A stretch of 64,000 bases of DNA from an uncultured Planctomycetales bacterium (lineage in GTDB: Bacteria > Planctomycetota > Phycisphaerae > UBA1845 > PWPN01), in the NCBI GenBank assembly GCA_964384465.1, contig CAYLLT010000019.1:2826-66825 (forward strand), given 5' to 3'. Each line of letters opens with the position of its first letter. Position 1 is the stretch's first letter. Below the pieces are notes generated by a model. The model was not told where the DNA came from. It was given only the letters and a program-made list of their open reading frames with translations, and did not search any database. A program made the translations under genes and the position numbers. Below are positions 11,396 to 21,546 of this stretch, in pieces.

Positions 11396-12490
11396 TTGTT
11401 CATGAACTGGTCTTTTAACCATCATTCCCCGCTCTCGCTCACTCGCTATTGGACCGCACGTATCCGTCGACGCGGCGGATGTCTGGTCCTGGCCAGCCTG
11501 CTGCTCGTCGCGAGCTGTGAGGATGAGACCTCCCCCGCGCCGCCGCCGCCGCTGCCCAAGGTAGAGAAACCGGCCCCGCGCACCGTCCGCAAAGAGCCCG
11601 GCTTTATCGCGTTCGTCGGCGCCGGCGAAAACGACCCCCTCTGGCCTATTCTCAAAACCAGCGCCGCCGCCTACGCCGACACGGCCGGCACCGTCGAAAT
11701 CCGCTACTTCTCCGCACGCGCTCAATCGCCTCAGGCCCAGTTGAAACTCCTCCAGTCGCTGAACGATCCTGAGATGCGCGGGCTGTGCATTCAGATCATC
11801 GACCCCCAAACGGTCAACACGCTGCTGGAACAGATGGTGGCCCGCGGGATACCGGTCGTCTCCATGGTGCAGCCCGCGGCGGAGCGGGCCCGCAGCGGCC
11901 ACGTCGGTTGGGATGAGGAAGCGATCGGCATCATGCTGGCCGACACCACCGTCCGCGCAGTGTCACCAGGTTCGATCATGGTCCTGCACGCCGGTCACGA
12001 ACATCCGCTCTACGCCCAGCGGCTCACGGCGTTCGAGAAACGGATCGCGCTCTCACCGGAGGTCGAGATCTTCGCCGGCATCGACTGCCATATGGATGGG
12101 CTTGAAGCCCGCAAGATCATGCGCGATCGGATGGAGCGCTACCCGCGACTGTCGGCATGGGTCGCGCTGGACGATTGGCCGATCCGCGACGTGGGGCTGA
12201 GCGATGATTTCATGCCGCCAAGCTGCAAGCTGATCACCTTCGGCGGCGGACCGGCCCACTGGCCGCTGATCCGCAGCGGGCGATGCCCCGCCGTCGTGAC
12301 CGCCTGTTACAACGAGCTCGGACCCAAGGCCGTGCAGTTCTGCGAGACCGCCATCCGCGGCCCATCCATGTTCGGCAGCCGCTTCCACGCCCCTCTGCGC
12401 ACCGTCTGGGCCGCCAACCTCGATGACTTTATGCGCGACTGGACGTACTGGTCCACCGGTGAGTACCCGACCAAACAACTGGCGCAGTGA
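11396..12490 (+). CDS. Lipoprotein with a periplasmic-binding-protein type-1 (sugar-binding-like) fold
   Basis: Lipobox LLLVASC. PBP-1-like alternating pattern (FIAFVGAGENDPLWPIL..., GIPVVSMV, SIMVLHAG). Confidence 0.55.
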   Translation: MFMNWSFNHHSPLSLTRYWTARIRRRGGCLVLASLLLVASCEDETSPAPPPPLPKVEKPAPRTVRKEPGFIAFVGAGENDPLWPILKTSAAAYADTAGTVEIRYFSARAQSPQAQLKLLQSLNDPEMRGLCIQIIDPQTVNTLLEQMVARGIPVVSMVQPAAERARSGHVGWDEEAIGIMLADTTVRAVSPGSIMVLHAGHEHPLYAQRLTAFEKRIALSPEVEIFAGIDCHMDGLEARKIMRDRMERYPRLSAWVALDDWPIRDVGLSDDFMPPSCKLITFGGGPAHWPLIRSGRCPAVVTACYNELGPKAVQFCETAIRGPSMFGSRFHAPLRTVWAANLDDFMRDWTYWSTGEYPTKQLAQ

Positions 12491-12536
12491 GATACAATAT
12501 TGGGATACTCTGATCCGCCGCGAACGAGAATCTGAA

Positions 12537-14057
12537 ATGGAGAGAGAGCACTCGACAGCCGCCGCCCTTGAGACGAACACGACCGTCGCACATCGGCCGG
12601 AGTCGAGGACGGGTCGGGTTTCGTGGGTGAGGCAACTTTTCCAGCCAATCCCCATCACCCCGCTCGTGTACTTCCGCATCGCCTTCGGGGCGATCATGTT
12701 CTGGGAGGTCTGGCGGTACTTCAAATATGGCTGGATCCAGCGCATCTACATCGATCCGCCGGTCCACTTCAAATATTTCGGCTTCGAGTGGGTCCGCCCC
12801 TGGCCGGGCGATGGCATGTACCTGCATTTACTGGTTATCGGTATCCTCGCCCTATGCGTCGCGATCGGCCTGTGGTACCGCTGGGCCGCGGCCCTGTTCT
12901 TTCTCGGCTTCACCTATGTCTTTCTTCTTGATGAGGCCCAGTACCTCAACCATCTTTATCTCGTCTGCCTGGTCAGCTTCCTCATGATCTTCATCCCCGC
13001 CCACCGCGCGTTATCATTCGACGCCTGGCGCAACCCCGCTCTGCGCTCGGCAACCGCTCCGCTCTGGGCGCTCTGGCTGCTGCGTCTCCAGGTCGCGATC
13101 CCCTACTTCTACGGCGGCATCGCCAAGCTCAATCTCGACTGGCTGCGCGGCGAGCCGATCCGTTCGTGGCTCGGCGACCGGCTGTACATTCCCGTGATCA
13201 CGCCGCTGCTGGGCAAGGAGTTCGTCGTGATGGTCATCTGCTACGGCGGGCTGCTGCTCGATCTGCTGGTTGTGCCGATGCTGCTGTGGCGGCGCACCCG
13301 CCTGCCGGCCATGGCGGCCATGATCGCATTCCACCTGTCCAACGCATTCATGTTTCGGATCGGGATCTTCCCCTGGTTCATGATCGCCGCCACCATGCTG
13401 TACCTGCCCATCCCGTGGTGGCATCGAATACAGTCATTTCTGAGCCGCGACCGTGAGGGAACGGTGGAAGGGACTGCAAGCCCGCTCGCTGGCGCTCGCG
13501 GCTCTGATGAAGCGCCTCCCGCGCGGCACCGCGCCCTCACCCTCGCTCTCCTCGGCGCGTGGGCCGCGTTTCAACTTCTGTTCCCGCTGCGGCACTTCCT
13601 GTATCCGGGGGTGGTCCACTGGACGGAGGAAGGCCACCGCTTCTCGTGGCACATGAAGCTGCGCAGCAAGGACGGCTGGTCGGAATTCCTGGCCCATGAC
13701 CCGGTCAGCAATCAGACCTGGATCGTCGAGCCGCTCGACTTCGGCCTGACGCCCAAGCAGATCCACCGCCTCGGCACGCAGCCGGACATGATCCTTCAGT
13801 TCAGCCACATCATCGCCGAAGAGTTGCGGCGGGACGGTTATCCGCGGATCGAAGTGCGCGCCGAGGTGGAAACATCGTTGAACGGCCGCCGGCCGCAGCT
13901 CCTCATCGATCCGCAGGTCAATCTCGCCGAGGTGAAGCGCAGCCTGTGGCCGGCCAAATGGATCGTCCCTCTGCACGTCCCGCTGAACGATCGCGCATCG
14001 GCGGAAACACAGCCCGCGGACGAAGAAGCCGGCGGAGCTTCGCCGGAAGCCGAGTAG
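12537..14057 (+). CDS. HTTM-domain protein (vitamin K-dependent gamma-carboxylase-like integral membrane protein)
   Basis: Start at ATG 12537. FRIAFGAIMFWEVWRYFKYGWIQRIYIDPPVHFKYFGFEWVRPWPG...YLNHLYLVCLVSFLMIFIPA is the characteristic HTTM N-terminal region, followed by multiple TM helices. Confidence 0.75.
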   Translation: MEREHSTAAALETNTTVAHRPESRTGRVSWVRQLFQPIPITPLVYFRIAFGAIMFWEVWRYFKYGWIQRIYIDPPVHFKYFGFEWVRPWPGDGMYLHLLVIGILALCVAIGLWYRWAAALFFLGFTYVFLLDEAQYLNHLYLVCLVSFLMIFIPAHRALSFDAWRNPALRSATAPLWALWLLRLQVAIPYFYGGIAKLNLDWLRGEPIRSWLGDRLYIPVITPLLGKEFVVMVICYGGLLLDLLVVPMLLWRRTRLPAMAAMIAFHLSNAFMFRIGIFPWFMIAATMLYLPIPWWHRIQSFLSRDREGTVEGTASPLAGARGSDEAPPARHRALTLALLGAWAAFQLLFPLRHFLYPGVVHWTEEGHRFSWHMKLRSKDGWSEFLAHDPVSNQTWIVEPLDFGLTPKQIHRLGTQPDMILQFSHIIAEELRRDGYPRIEVRAEVETSLNGRRPQLLIDPQVNLAEVKRSLWPAKWIVPLHVPLNDRASAETQPADEEAGGASPEAE

Positions 14058-14129
14058 ATGACCCGAGGCGGTTGCCGCTGCCCATGACCGTTCTGGCGCG
14101 GCACGGGGCAAGCTGATCTGCCCAACCGT

Positions 14130-16193
14130 TTACCCGTGGCGGATATCAAGCTCTGGGCCGGCTGTGACTGCCCGCATGCTGGAAATCGACTCGTCGATCT
14201 CAACCGGCAGTTCAGAGGATTTACCCGTTTCCGGAAGGATCGATGGCGTGTACTCGGGAACCAGGCGCTGCAACTGGGCGCGGACTTCCTCGGCCGTTCC
14301 GGTATCCATGATCGACATCATCCGCGAGATGCCGTCGCACACGCGGTTGAAGTCCTCCGGGCGCTTGTTGATGATGCCGATCTTGGGGTGCGGCGTGCGG
14401 CTGACGTTTTCGCCGTTGATGGAAAGCTCTTCAAAAAGCTTCTCGCCGGGCCGGATGCCGGTGAAGCGGATTTCGATATCGTCGTGCGGACGCAGCCCGC
14501 TGAGCGTGATGAGGTCCACCGCCAGGTCGATGATCTTGACCGGCTCGCCCATGTCCAACAGGAAGATTTCGCCGCCCCGGCCCATCGCCCCCGCCTGGAG
14601 CACGAGCTGCGCGGCCTCGGGGATGGTCATGAAGTAGCGCGTCATCTCCGGATGCGTCACCGTCACCGGCCCGCCGCGGGCGATCTGCTCTTTGAAGATC
14701 GGCACCACGCTGCCGTTGCTGCCGAGGACGTTGCCGAAACGAACGGTGACGAACTCCGTGCGGCTCTGCGTGTGGCTGCTGAGCTGCTGGACGTACATCT
14801 CCGCGACGCGCTTGCTACAGCCCATGATGCTGGTGGGGTTCACCGCCTTGTCGGTGGAGATCATGACGAGCTTGTCCACGCCGGCGTCCGAAGCGGCATC
14901 GGCCAGGCAGCGCGTCCCGGCGATGTTGTTCTTGATGGCTTCGCCCGGGTTCCACTCCATCATCGGCACGTGCTTGTGGGCGGCGGCATGAAACACCGCC
15001 GTCGGCCGATGCACGCGGAGGATCTCGCGGATGCGGCGGCTGTCCGAAATGTCCGCCACCATCGGCACGCGGCTGATCTCCGGGCAGTTCATCCCCAGCT
15101 CGCGGTCGATCTCGAACAGGGCATTCTCCATCCGTTCGACCAGCAGCAGCCGCTGCGGCTTGAACCGCGCGATCTGCCGGCACATCTCCGAGCCGATCGA
15201 GCCGCCCGCACCCGTGACCATCACCACTTTGCCGCGGATATACTCGCCGATCGCCTTCGTATCCAGCGTGACCGGATCGCGGCCCAGCAAATCCTCGATG
15301 TCCACCGGCCGGATCTGGCTGACCTGCACCTTGCCTTCGATCAGATCGCTCACCGCCGGCACCGTGCGGAACCGCAGGTTCATGCCCTGACAACGTTCGA
15401 TGAGGCTGCGGATCTGCCGCTGCGTCGCCGAGGGGATCGCGATGAGCACTTCGTCAACCGCCTGCTCCAGGCAGATCTCGCGCATATCGCTGGTTTTTCC
15501 CAACACTTCGATGCCGCGGATGCGGGCCCGCTGCTTGGCGCTGTCGTCGTCGACGAAACCCACCACCACGTAACGGTCTTCCGACGTGCGGATGATCTCG
15601 CGAAGGATGGAGTCACCCGCGTCGCCCGCCCCCACGATCAACAGGCGGGTCTGTGACGCCGCGGCCAAGGGGCGCAGCTCCTCGTAGTAGAAGCGGTAGC
15701 CCACGCGTGCCGCGGACACCAGCGCGATGGTGAACACCCAGTCCAGCAGAAAAACCGAGTTGGGCACGAAAAACGTCCATGGCGGCGGCAGGTGCAGAAT
15801 GCGCACCGGCAGCCACGCGTAGAGGTAATAGAGGGTAACGCAGAGGAATATGCTCCAGTGCGACGCCCGCACGATCGCGAACAGGTCGCGCAACCCGACG
15901 TACCGCCAGGAATCGCGATACAACCGCTGCCATGCGAAGATCGCCAGCTTCACCGCCAGCGTCAGCGGCAGGTAAACCAGGTACTGCTGGCGGAACCAGG
16001 GCGTCTCGAGCTTGAAGTTGTAAGCCAGCGCGAAAGCGATCAGAAGACTGAAGGCAAAAAGGACCGCGTGGGCGGTCACCGAGAGGACCATGCGGTAGCG
16101 CACGCGCCAGTTCACGGGAACGTCCGCCGGAATCGGGCCCGCGCCGTTGCCGCCGCTCTCGGCACCTGAATCTCCGCTCGTGTCCGCCCTCAC
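14130..16193 (-). CDS. Membrane-bound polysaccharide biosynthesis protein, CapD/PglF/WbpM-type nucleotide-sugar 4,6-dehydratase
   Basis: N-terminal TM helices followed by two Rossmann regions (LLIVGAGDAGDSI and VMVTGAGGSIGSEMCRQI). SDR-type catalytic region STDKAVNPTSIMGCSKRVAE. Confidence 0.85.
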   Translation of the reverse strand: MRADTSGDSGAESGGNGAGPIPADVPVNWRVRYRMVLSVTAHAVLFAFSLLIAFALAYNFKLETPWFRQQYLVYLPLTLAVKLAIFAWQRLYRDSWRYVGLRDLFAIVRASHWSIFLCVTLYYLYAWLPVRILHLPPPWTFFVPNSVFLLDWVFTIALVSAARVGYRFYYEELRPLAAASQTRLLIVGAGDAGDSILREIIRTSEDRYVVVGFVDDDSAKQRARIRGIEVLGKTSDMREICLEQAVDEVLIAIPSATQRQIRSLIERCQGMNLRFRTVPAVSDLIEGKVQVSQIRPVDIEDLLGRDPVTLDTKAIGEYIRGKVVMVTGAGGSIGSEMCRQIARFKPQRLLLVERMENALFEIDRELGMNCPEISRVPMVADISDSRRIREILRVHRPTAVFHAAAHKHVPMMEWNPGEAIKNNIAGTRCLADAASDAGVDKLVMISTDKAVNPTSIMGCSKRVAEMYVQQLSSHTQSRTEFVTVRFGNVLGSNGSVVPIFKEQIARGGPVTVTHPEMTRYFMTIPEAAQLVLQAGAMGRGGEIFLLDMGEPVKIIDLAVDLITLSGLRPHDDIEIRFTGIRPGEKLFEELSINGENVSRTPHPKIGIINKRPEDFNRVCDGISRMMSIMDTGTAEEVRAQLQRLVPEYTPSILPETGKSSELPVEIDESISSMRAVTAGPELDIRHG

Positions 16194-16324
16194 CGGTCAG
16201 GATCCTTCCTGAGAATGGTCTGCGTGCATGACAGGACCGTTTTTCTCCCTCCGCGTCTCACGGCTCCGCACCCGCCACGGCGGGGCCGCACCCTGGCGAA
16301 ACCGTGTCTCCGAGATATGACGCT

Positions 16325-17470
16325 CTATTCGATCATCACTCGCGACGGGATCGGAGATACCGAAATCGGCGCCGGTCTCGACGTGCTCCCGGCCGAATTC
16401 GACCCGGAGACCCTGGCACGGGCCCTTTCCATCACGGTCAACAGTTTCGGCCAGGGCTCTACTATTGTGGGACCGACCAGTTGCTTGGCATAAAACATGG
16501 CATTGACGTAGTCCTTCTTGCCCCACAACACAAACGCGCGAAGTGCTTTGGAAGCGGAGTCATTCGGATTCACGATCGAGAGTTGCTCCACACGGCGAAC
16601 GTGTTCCGCGTAATCGGTCTTCGTGCCGTAGAAGGATTCCACATCACCCATCTGACTGAGGAAATCGGCATCACGGATATCCCCGGTGCCCCGGTCGTTA
16701 CGGAGAAGATATTTCAGCGCATTAACCGCCAGCGAATACTGCCCCGATGCGAGAGATGCATGGAGGACAGCCAGTTCAACCTCCGTCCGCGCTTTCGGAT
16801 CGCCCAGCGTCACCGCTTCGGCGAGCGCGAAGATGTCACATGCCTGCCGATATTCACCCGCGTGGAACCGAGCCCATCCCTCCTTGATATAGCTGTTCCG
16901 CCGTCCGGCGATGTAATCCCGGGCCAGGTCGTCGCGATGCACCTGGCTCTTATCAACGCCCATTTCCGCTTCGGCGGTCGGGCGGGTGGTTGACGACGCC
17001 AGCAAGGGATTCACCACAACATTTGAGCCCGACTGCGGCGCCGCTGCATCCGACGCTTCCGTTTGCCGCAGGAGCATCATCGGCTTATCGACCGAGAATG
17101 GGGGCAAGCTGGGCCCGCGGGGTCCTCGGCCGCCGAATCCATTCTGCAACAGATTCGGATAGCGCCGGCCCAGCAGCGACGTGCCGGTACTGCGTAAACC
17201 GCCGCCCCCCTGAAAACCGCCAGGCGCCGCTCTGCCGCGGCTGCGAAATCCGCCCAGGGATGGCGGATCGGGCAGCGTCGCCACAGAGTTCGCGTTCCGC
17301 TGCGGGAGCGGGCTGGCCAAACCGCTCAACCCGCCAAGTGTGCCGGACAGGGTACCCGTGATTCTTTCAGAAGGACGGCCGGATTGACTGCCGACGCTGA
17401 CTTGAGCACAGACGGATCCCGCGCTGACCAGCACCACGCCCACTGAACACCAGCAAAAACGTGCCCGCAT
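16325..17470 (-). CDS. Secreted hypothetical protein with a Gly/Arg-rich linker and a helical C-terminal domain
   Basis: Signal peptide MRARFCWCSVGVVLVSAGSVCAQ (start 17470; ORF opens at 17506). GC3-rich coding frame. No recognisable family. Confidence 0.55.
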   Translation of the reverse strand: MRARFCWCSVGVVLVSAGSVCAQVSVGSQSGRPSERITGTLSGTLGGLSGLASPLPQRNANSVATLPDPPSLGGFRSRGRAAPGGFQGGGGLRSTGTSLLGRRYPNLLQNGFGGRGPRGPSLPPFSVDKPMMLLRQTEASDAAAPQSGSNVVVNPLLASSTTRPTAEAEMGVDKSQVHRDDLARDYIAGRRNSYIKEGWARFHAGEYRQACDIFALAEAVTLGDPKARTEVELAVLHASLASGQYSLAVNALKYLLRNDRGTGDIRDADFLSQMGDVESFYGTKTDYAEHVRRVEQLSIVNPNDSASKALRAFVLWGKKDYVNAMFYAKQLVGPTIVEPWPKLLTVMERARARVSGSNSAGSTSRPAPISVSPIPSRVMIE

Positions 17471-17887
17471 CTGTGCGACAGAGATCAACAAGCGGCATCG
17501 CGTCATGTGCGTTTCCCGTCAGGAATGAGCGTCTCGTCCCGCCACCGGCGGAAACCCCACCTAATTTAATGCACCCGGTTCGTTGAATCAAGTTATCGAC
17601 AACGCCGCCGGAGGACTGGCGAAGATGTTTAAACGATTGCGGCGATGTAAGTTATCTCGCCGTAAAGGTCATGAAAAATCGCTGTGGAACGCTGTGCCCG
17701 CCGCGCCTGCTCACCTGCGGACGAAAAATCGTCCATCCGCCATCCGCCCATTCCACGCACATGAGTCCGCCGGGCAGCCGTGCCGCATCTGAATAATCTT
17801 AACTCCAGACGTGGCCTTGCTTTGATCGCTGTTTTGCGTTACATCTCAAGCTGAAACTGGGTTGAGACGACGAACCGGGGAACGCTT

Positions 17888-18022
17888 ATGTCAACCGATC
17901 TGGACGAACACTATCACGAAGGCAGCGAGCAGACCGGCCTCATCACGCTCGGCGCCATCATTATCGGGCACATGGTGGTGGGCATCCTCCTGTTCTCCCT
18001 TGCGTGGGCCATGGCTCACTGA
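17888..18022 (+). CDS. Small (44-aa) single-pass membrane protein, hypothetical
   Basis: Below the ORF-track cutoff. Read by eye: ATG 17888 ... TGA 18020-18022, MSTDLDEHYHEGSEQTGLITLGAIIIGHMVVGILLFSLAWAMAH. GC3-rich codons, and a canonical terminator follows. Confidence 0.45.
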   Translation: MSTDLDEHYHEGSEQTGLITLGAIIIGHMVVGILLFSLAWAMAH

Positions 18023-18042
18023 CTCCGCTGATCGCCCCTTCA

Positions 18043-18066
18043 GCACCTTAAGGTGCGTCATTTTTT
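18043..18066 (+). terminator. Rho-independent terminator candidate
   Basis: GCACC-TTAA-GGTGC stem-loop (18043-18056), then GTCA and TTTTTT (18061-18066). Confidence 0.6.
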
Positions 18067-18167
18067 GTCACCCCCGCCGGCGAAATGCCTTGACGATTGA
18101 GCGTTCAGGGGTGTGATTTGCTCGCGGCCAGGCGCTGGCATGAATGGTGCGCTTGCACCGGATGGTT

Positions 18168-19409
18168 TCAGGAGCGGGTGGCCAGCAGAATGAAATTGAT
18201 TAGCAACGACAGACAGAACAGTGCGCCCAGCACGAATACCCAGACGAGCGGGACGCGATTGCCGTTATTGTGTTCTTCTTTAACCGGCGATTCCATTTCG
18301 ACGGTTTCGCCGCTCTCTTCCAGACCCGCGAGCAGTTGGGCGTCGTAAGCCTTGCGCGCCTGAAGCGGCGGCTCGCCGCGCGCCACCGCTTCCAGGTCCA
18401 CGATGAGGTCGTGCATCGTCGTGTAACGTTCTTCCGGTTTCTTGGCCATCATCCGCTCGATGACCTCGCCCACCCCCGTCGAGAGCGTCGGCACGATGTG
18501 GTCCGGCGGAATCAGCGGTTCCTTCAGGTGCTTGTGCATGACGGCGGCCGGCGTCGAACCCTCGAACGGCAGCTTGCCCGTGACCATGTGATAGAACGTG
18601 GCTCCGAGCGAATAAACATCCGCGCGGAAGTCGATGTTCAGCTCGCCGCGGATCTGCTCCGGGCTGATGTAGTAAGGCGTGCCGTACGCTCGGCCCGCTT
18701 CGGCCATGGCGACCTTGACGTCCGAGGTCTCGCGGGCCAGACCCATGTCCGCCAGCTTGCCCACGCCCTGCTTGGTCAGCATGATGTTTTTGGGTTTGAC
18801 ATCGCGATGCACGAATCCGCGCTCGGCGGCGTGTTCCAGTGCCCGCGCCATTTGCAGGACGATGTTGATGGCTTCTTTTTCGGGATACACCTTGTTGGCG
18901 GCCAGATCGTCATAGACGGTCTTGCCGTCGATGTATTCCATGACGAAGTAGTGGTAGCCGCCAGCCTCACCAACATCGATGGCCTGCACGATGTTGTTAT
19001 GGTTGAGGCGGGCCGCCGCTCGCCCCTCCCGGTAGAAGCGTTCGACGAACTCCGGGTTGTCGCCGAGTTTCTTGGGCAGGACTTTGACGGCGACCGTGCG
19101 ATCGAGGCTGAGCTGGCGGGCCTTGAACACGGTGGCCATCGCTCCCGCCCCGAGTTTGCCCAGGATTTGAAAACCGGGTATCTGCTGGGCCTTGCGGGCG
19201 ATGGAGTCTTCCATGTCCGCGCCCATCAGGCGGCCTAACTGCGAGCGCGTGACGTAGCCGCACTTGAGCATGACCTCGGTCAAGGGCAGCCGTTTTCCCT
19301 CTTTCGCGAGTTTTTTCTGATCCTCCAGGCAGTCGTGGAGTTCTTCCGGTGTCAGCAGCTTCCGTTCAACGGCCAAGCGGCCGACTTGCGTTTCGCCCAT
19401 ATCCGCCAT
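18168..19409 (-). CDS. Serine/threonine protein kinase with a C-terminal membrane anchor
   Basis: Hanks kinase motifs GAGAMATVFKA, VAVKVL, HRDVKPKNIML, DMGLA and YISPEQ. C-terminal TM segment VWVFVLGALFCLSLLINFILL. Confidence 0.9.
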   Translation of the reverse strand: MADMGETQVGRLAVERKLLTPEELHDCLEDQKKLAKEGKRLPLTEVMLKCGYVTRSQLGRLMGADMEDSIARKAQQIPGFQILGKLGAGAMATVFKARQLSLDRTVAVKVLPKKLGDNPEFVERFYREGRAAARLNHNNIVQAIDVGEAGGYHYFVMEYIDGKTVYDDLAANKVYPEKEAINIVLQMARALEHAAERGFVHRDVKPKNIMLTKQGVGKLADMGLARETSDVKVAMAEAGRAYGTPYYISPEQIRGELNIDFRADVYSLGATFYHMVTGKLPFEGSTPAAVMHKHLKEPLIPPDHIVPTLSTGVGEVIERMMAKKPEERYTTMHDLIVDLEAVARGEPPLQARKAYDAQLLAGLEESGETVEMESPVKEEHNNGNRVPLVWVFVLGALFCLSLLINFILLATRS

Positions 19410-19586
19410 TCAGCGTACTCCGGTGCCATCGTGGCATCGGGACCGGTAAGCCCGGCCCGTCAGATGTGAACGGTCTGTCACTTTACGGGCGATGAGCGTC
19501 AGGTTCAATATTCGAGCCGCTCGGGATAGTGCTTTTCCGCAGATCGTTCAACGAATTATACCCCGTTGACGGATCATCGTCTCCGA

Positions 19587-20756
19587 TCAGGCATTTACGA
19601 GAATGGATTCGAGGAAATTCAAAGCGTCGACGACGCCGGGCGGCTGGGCATCGAGGGCCGATAGGGCTTGTTGACACATTGTGACCTGTCGTTGCGTGAA
19701 CGGCGATCGCCATGTTCGCCAGCCGGTCAGGCCGGCACACTCAAGGATACGCTCGCGAAACAGATCGATCCCTTCCCGCGTGAGGGCGCTGACCCGTACC
19801 GCACGATCACCAGCCCGGCGAATAAGGTCCATCTGTTCGGGATGGATCGCTTGATCGCATTTGTTCCACACCAGCAGATCCGGGGCATCGGCGCGTTCGT
19901 CTGGAATGGGAGCCGCGGAGGCATCGAACAACTGCACGACCAGATCGCCGGTCTCCAGTTGCTGACGTGTCCGCCGGATGGCCTCCTGCTCGATGGGATC
20001 ATCGGATTCGCGCACGCCGGCGGTATCGACGATGGTGAAGGGCACGCCGTCGATGGCCGCCGGATGCTCGACGAAGTCGCGCGTGGTGCCCGGCGCCTCG
20101 CTGACGATCGCGCTTTCGCGCTCGGCCAGAGCGTTCGCCAGCGTCGACTTGCCGACATTCGGCCGGCCAAGCAGCACGACGCGCACGCCATCCAGCAGAT
20201 ACTGCACTCTTTCTGCGCCGCTGCACAGCTCGTCGAGTGCGCTGCGTGCGGGCGCCAGATTTCCCGCGGTGATCGCGTCACGGATGCGCTCGATTTCATG
20301 CGACAGATGCTCCTTCATTTCGAGCACCCACGCCGCCACGGCCCGCGTTTTGACCTTCAGCAGGATCGCCAGCGCTTCCTGCTCGATCCGGTTGGCTTCC
20401 GGCCAGCTCTCCGCGAGCAATTCGCTCCCCTCTACGATTTTTACGCCACTCTGCTTCAACCGCAGCAGGACACGCTGGACGATTCTAGGCCCGCCGTGCA
20501 GACTGAGATCGACGACGTACTCGCCGTTGGGCAACCGGCGTATCGAAACCAGCGCGTCATCGATCACTTCCTGACCATCCATGAATCGACAAAGGCGCAG
20601 CTCCCCAGCGTCCATCTTTTCGAGATCGAGCGGGCGCCTGGATTTGAGCAATGGAGCGAGGACGGATGCGGCCGACGGGCCGACGATCTGCACGACCGCC
20701 ACGCCGCCGGCGGCGGGTGCCGTCACGCAGGCCGCTCGGAGCAGGTCACTCGTCAT
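19587..20756 (-). CDS. mnmE: MnmE/TrmE-family GTPase (short form, no C-terminal CxGK)
   Basis: N-terminal AAGGVAVVQIVGP (MnmE-type). G-domain GRPNVGKSTLANAL, TTRD, DTAG, NKCD. Ends ...LESILVNA without the usual C(I/L/V)GK tail. Overlaps the coaX stop by 11 bp. Confidence 0.7.
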   Translation of the reverse strand: MTSDLLRAACVTAPAAGGVAVVQIVGPSAASVLAPLLKSRRPLDLEKMDAGELRLCRFMDGQEVIDDALVSIRRLPNGEYVVDLSLHGGPRIVQRVLLRLKQSGVKIVEGSELLAESWPEANRIEQEALAILLKVKTRAVAAWVLEMKEHLSHEIERIRDAITAGNLAPARSALDELCSGAERVQYLLDGVRVVLLGRPNVGKSTLANALAERESAIVSEAPGTTRDFVEHPAAIDGVPFTIVDTAGVRESDDPIEQEAIRRTRQQLETGDLVVQLFDASAAPIPDERADAPDLLVWNKCDQAIHPEQMDLIRRAGDRAVRVSALTREGIDLFRERILECAGLTGWRTWRSPFTQRQVTMCQQALSALDAQPPGVVDALNFLESILVNA

Positions 20757-21546
20757 CGTCGTTGCGATGCCGCTGATATGCGATCAACAGGCCGTCGAGA
20801 CACAGGTCGGGCAGCACGCGATCGACGAAGTCACATTGACTGGCGACAATTTGCGCGTCGCCGCCGGTCAGCACCAGCGGCGGCCATTTGCCGAGCTGCG
20901 TCGCATAACGCTCGGTGATCTCACGCAGCGCACCGATCATCATGGCATAGATGCCGCCGCGGATGGCGCTCTGTGTGTCTTTGCCGAGTGTCTCGGCCGG
21001 CGCAGTCGCCATATCGACCAGCGGCAGCAGGGCCGTATGCTCGTGAAGCGCGCGGGCCGACAGTGCAAGGCCCGGCAGGATCGTGCCGCCCAGGAACACG
21101 CCGTTGTCCGCCACAAGATCGACGGTCAGCGCGGTACCGAAATCCGCCACCACGCACGCCTGCTTGAAATGTGCAAACGCAGCCGCGGCGGCACACAAAC
21201 GATCTGTGCCCACTTTTCGCGGCTCGGCCACCTCCGCATCAATCGGCTGCGGCAACTCCTCGCCGACTACAAGCAGCGGGTCGATCTGATGTTCTTCACA
21301 CGCTGCCCGCAGACGCGACAGCACCGGCGGGCACACCGAACCGATCACCACCGCGCGCAGCACGGAACTCGGCAGCTCGTCCCACGCACTGCGCAGCATT
21401 TCCACAATCGGCGGCGTGCTGTCGGCGACGGCGTGCCGGGCCGGGCTGCGTGGACCGCCCGTCCATGTCGCGATCGAGACGCGCGTGTTGCCGATGTTCA
21501 CCAGCACCAGGTTCGGCCGTGAGCTGTTCGAGCGGGACGCGATCAC
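20746..21546 (-). CDS. coaX: Type III pantothenate kinase
   Basis: LVLVNIGNTRVSIATW (N-terminal ASKHA phosphate-1 motif), VGTDRL, VVADFGTALTVDLV, GGTILPG, LVLTGGDA. Confidence 0.85.
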   Translation of the reverse strand: MIASRSNSSRPNLVLVNIGNTRVSIATWTGGPRSPARHAVADSTPPIVEMLRSAWDELPSSVLRAVVIGSVCPPVLSRLRAACEEHQIDPLLVVGEELPQPIDAEVAEPRKVGTDRLCAAAAAFAHFKQACVVADFGTALTVDLVADNGVFLGGTILPGLALSARALHEHTALLPLVDMATAPAETLGKDTQSAIRGGIYAMMIGALREITERYATQLGKWPPLVLTGGDAQIVASQCDFVDRVLPDLCLDGLLIAYQRHRNDDDE

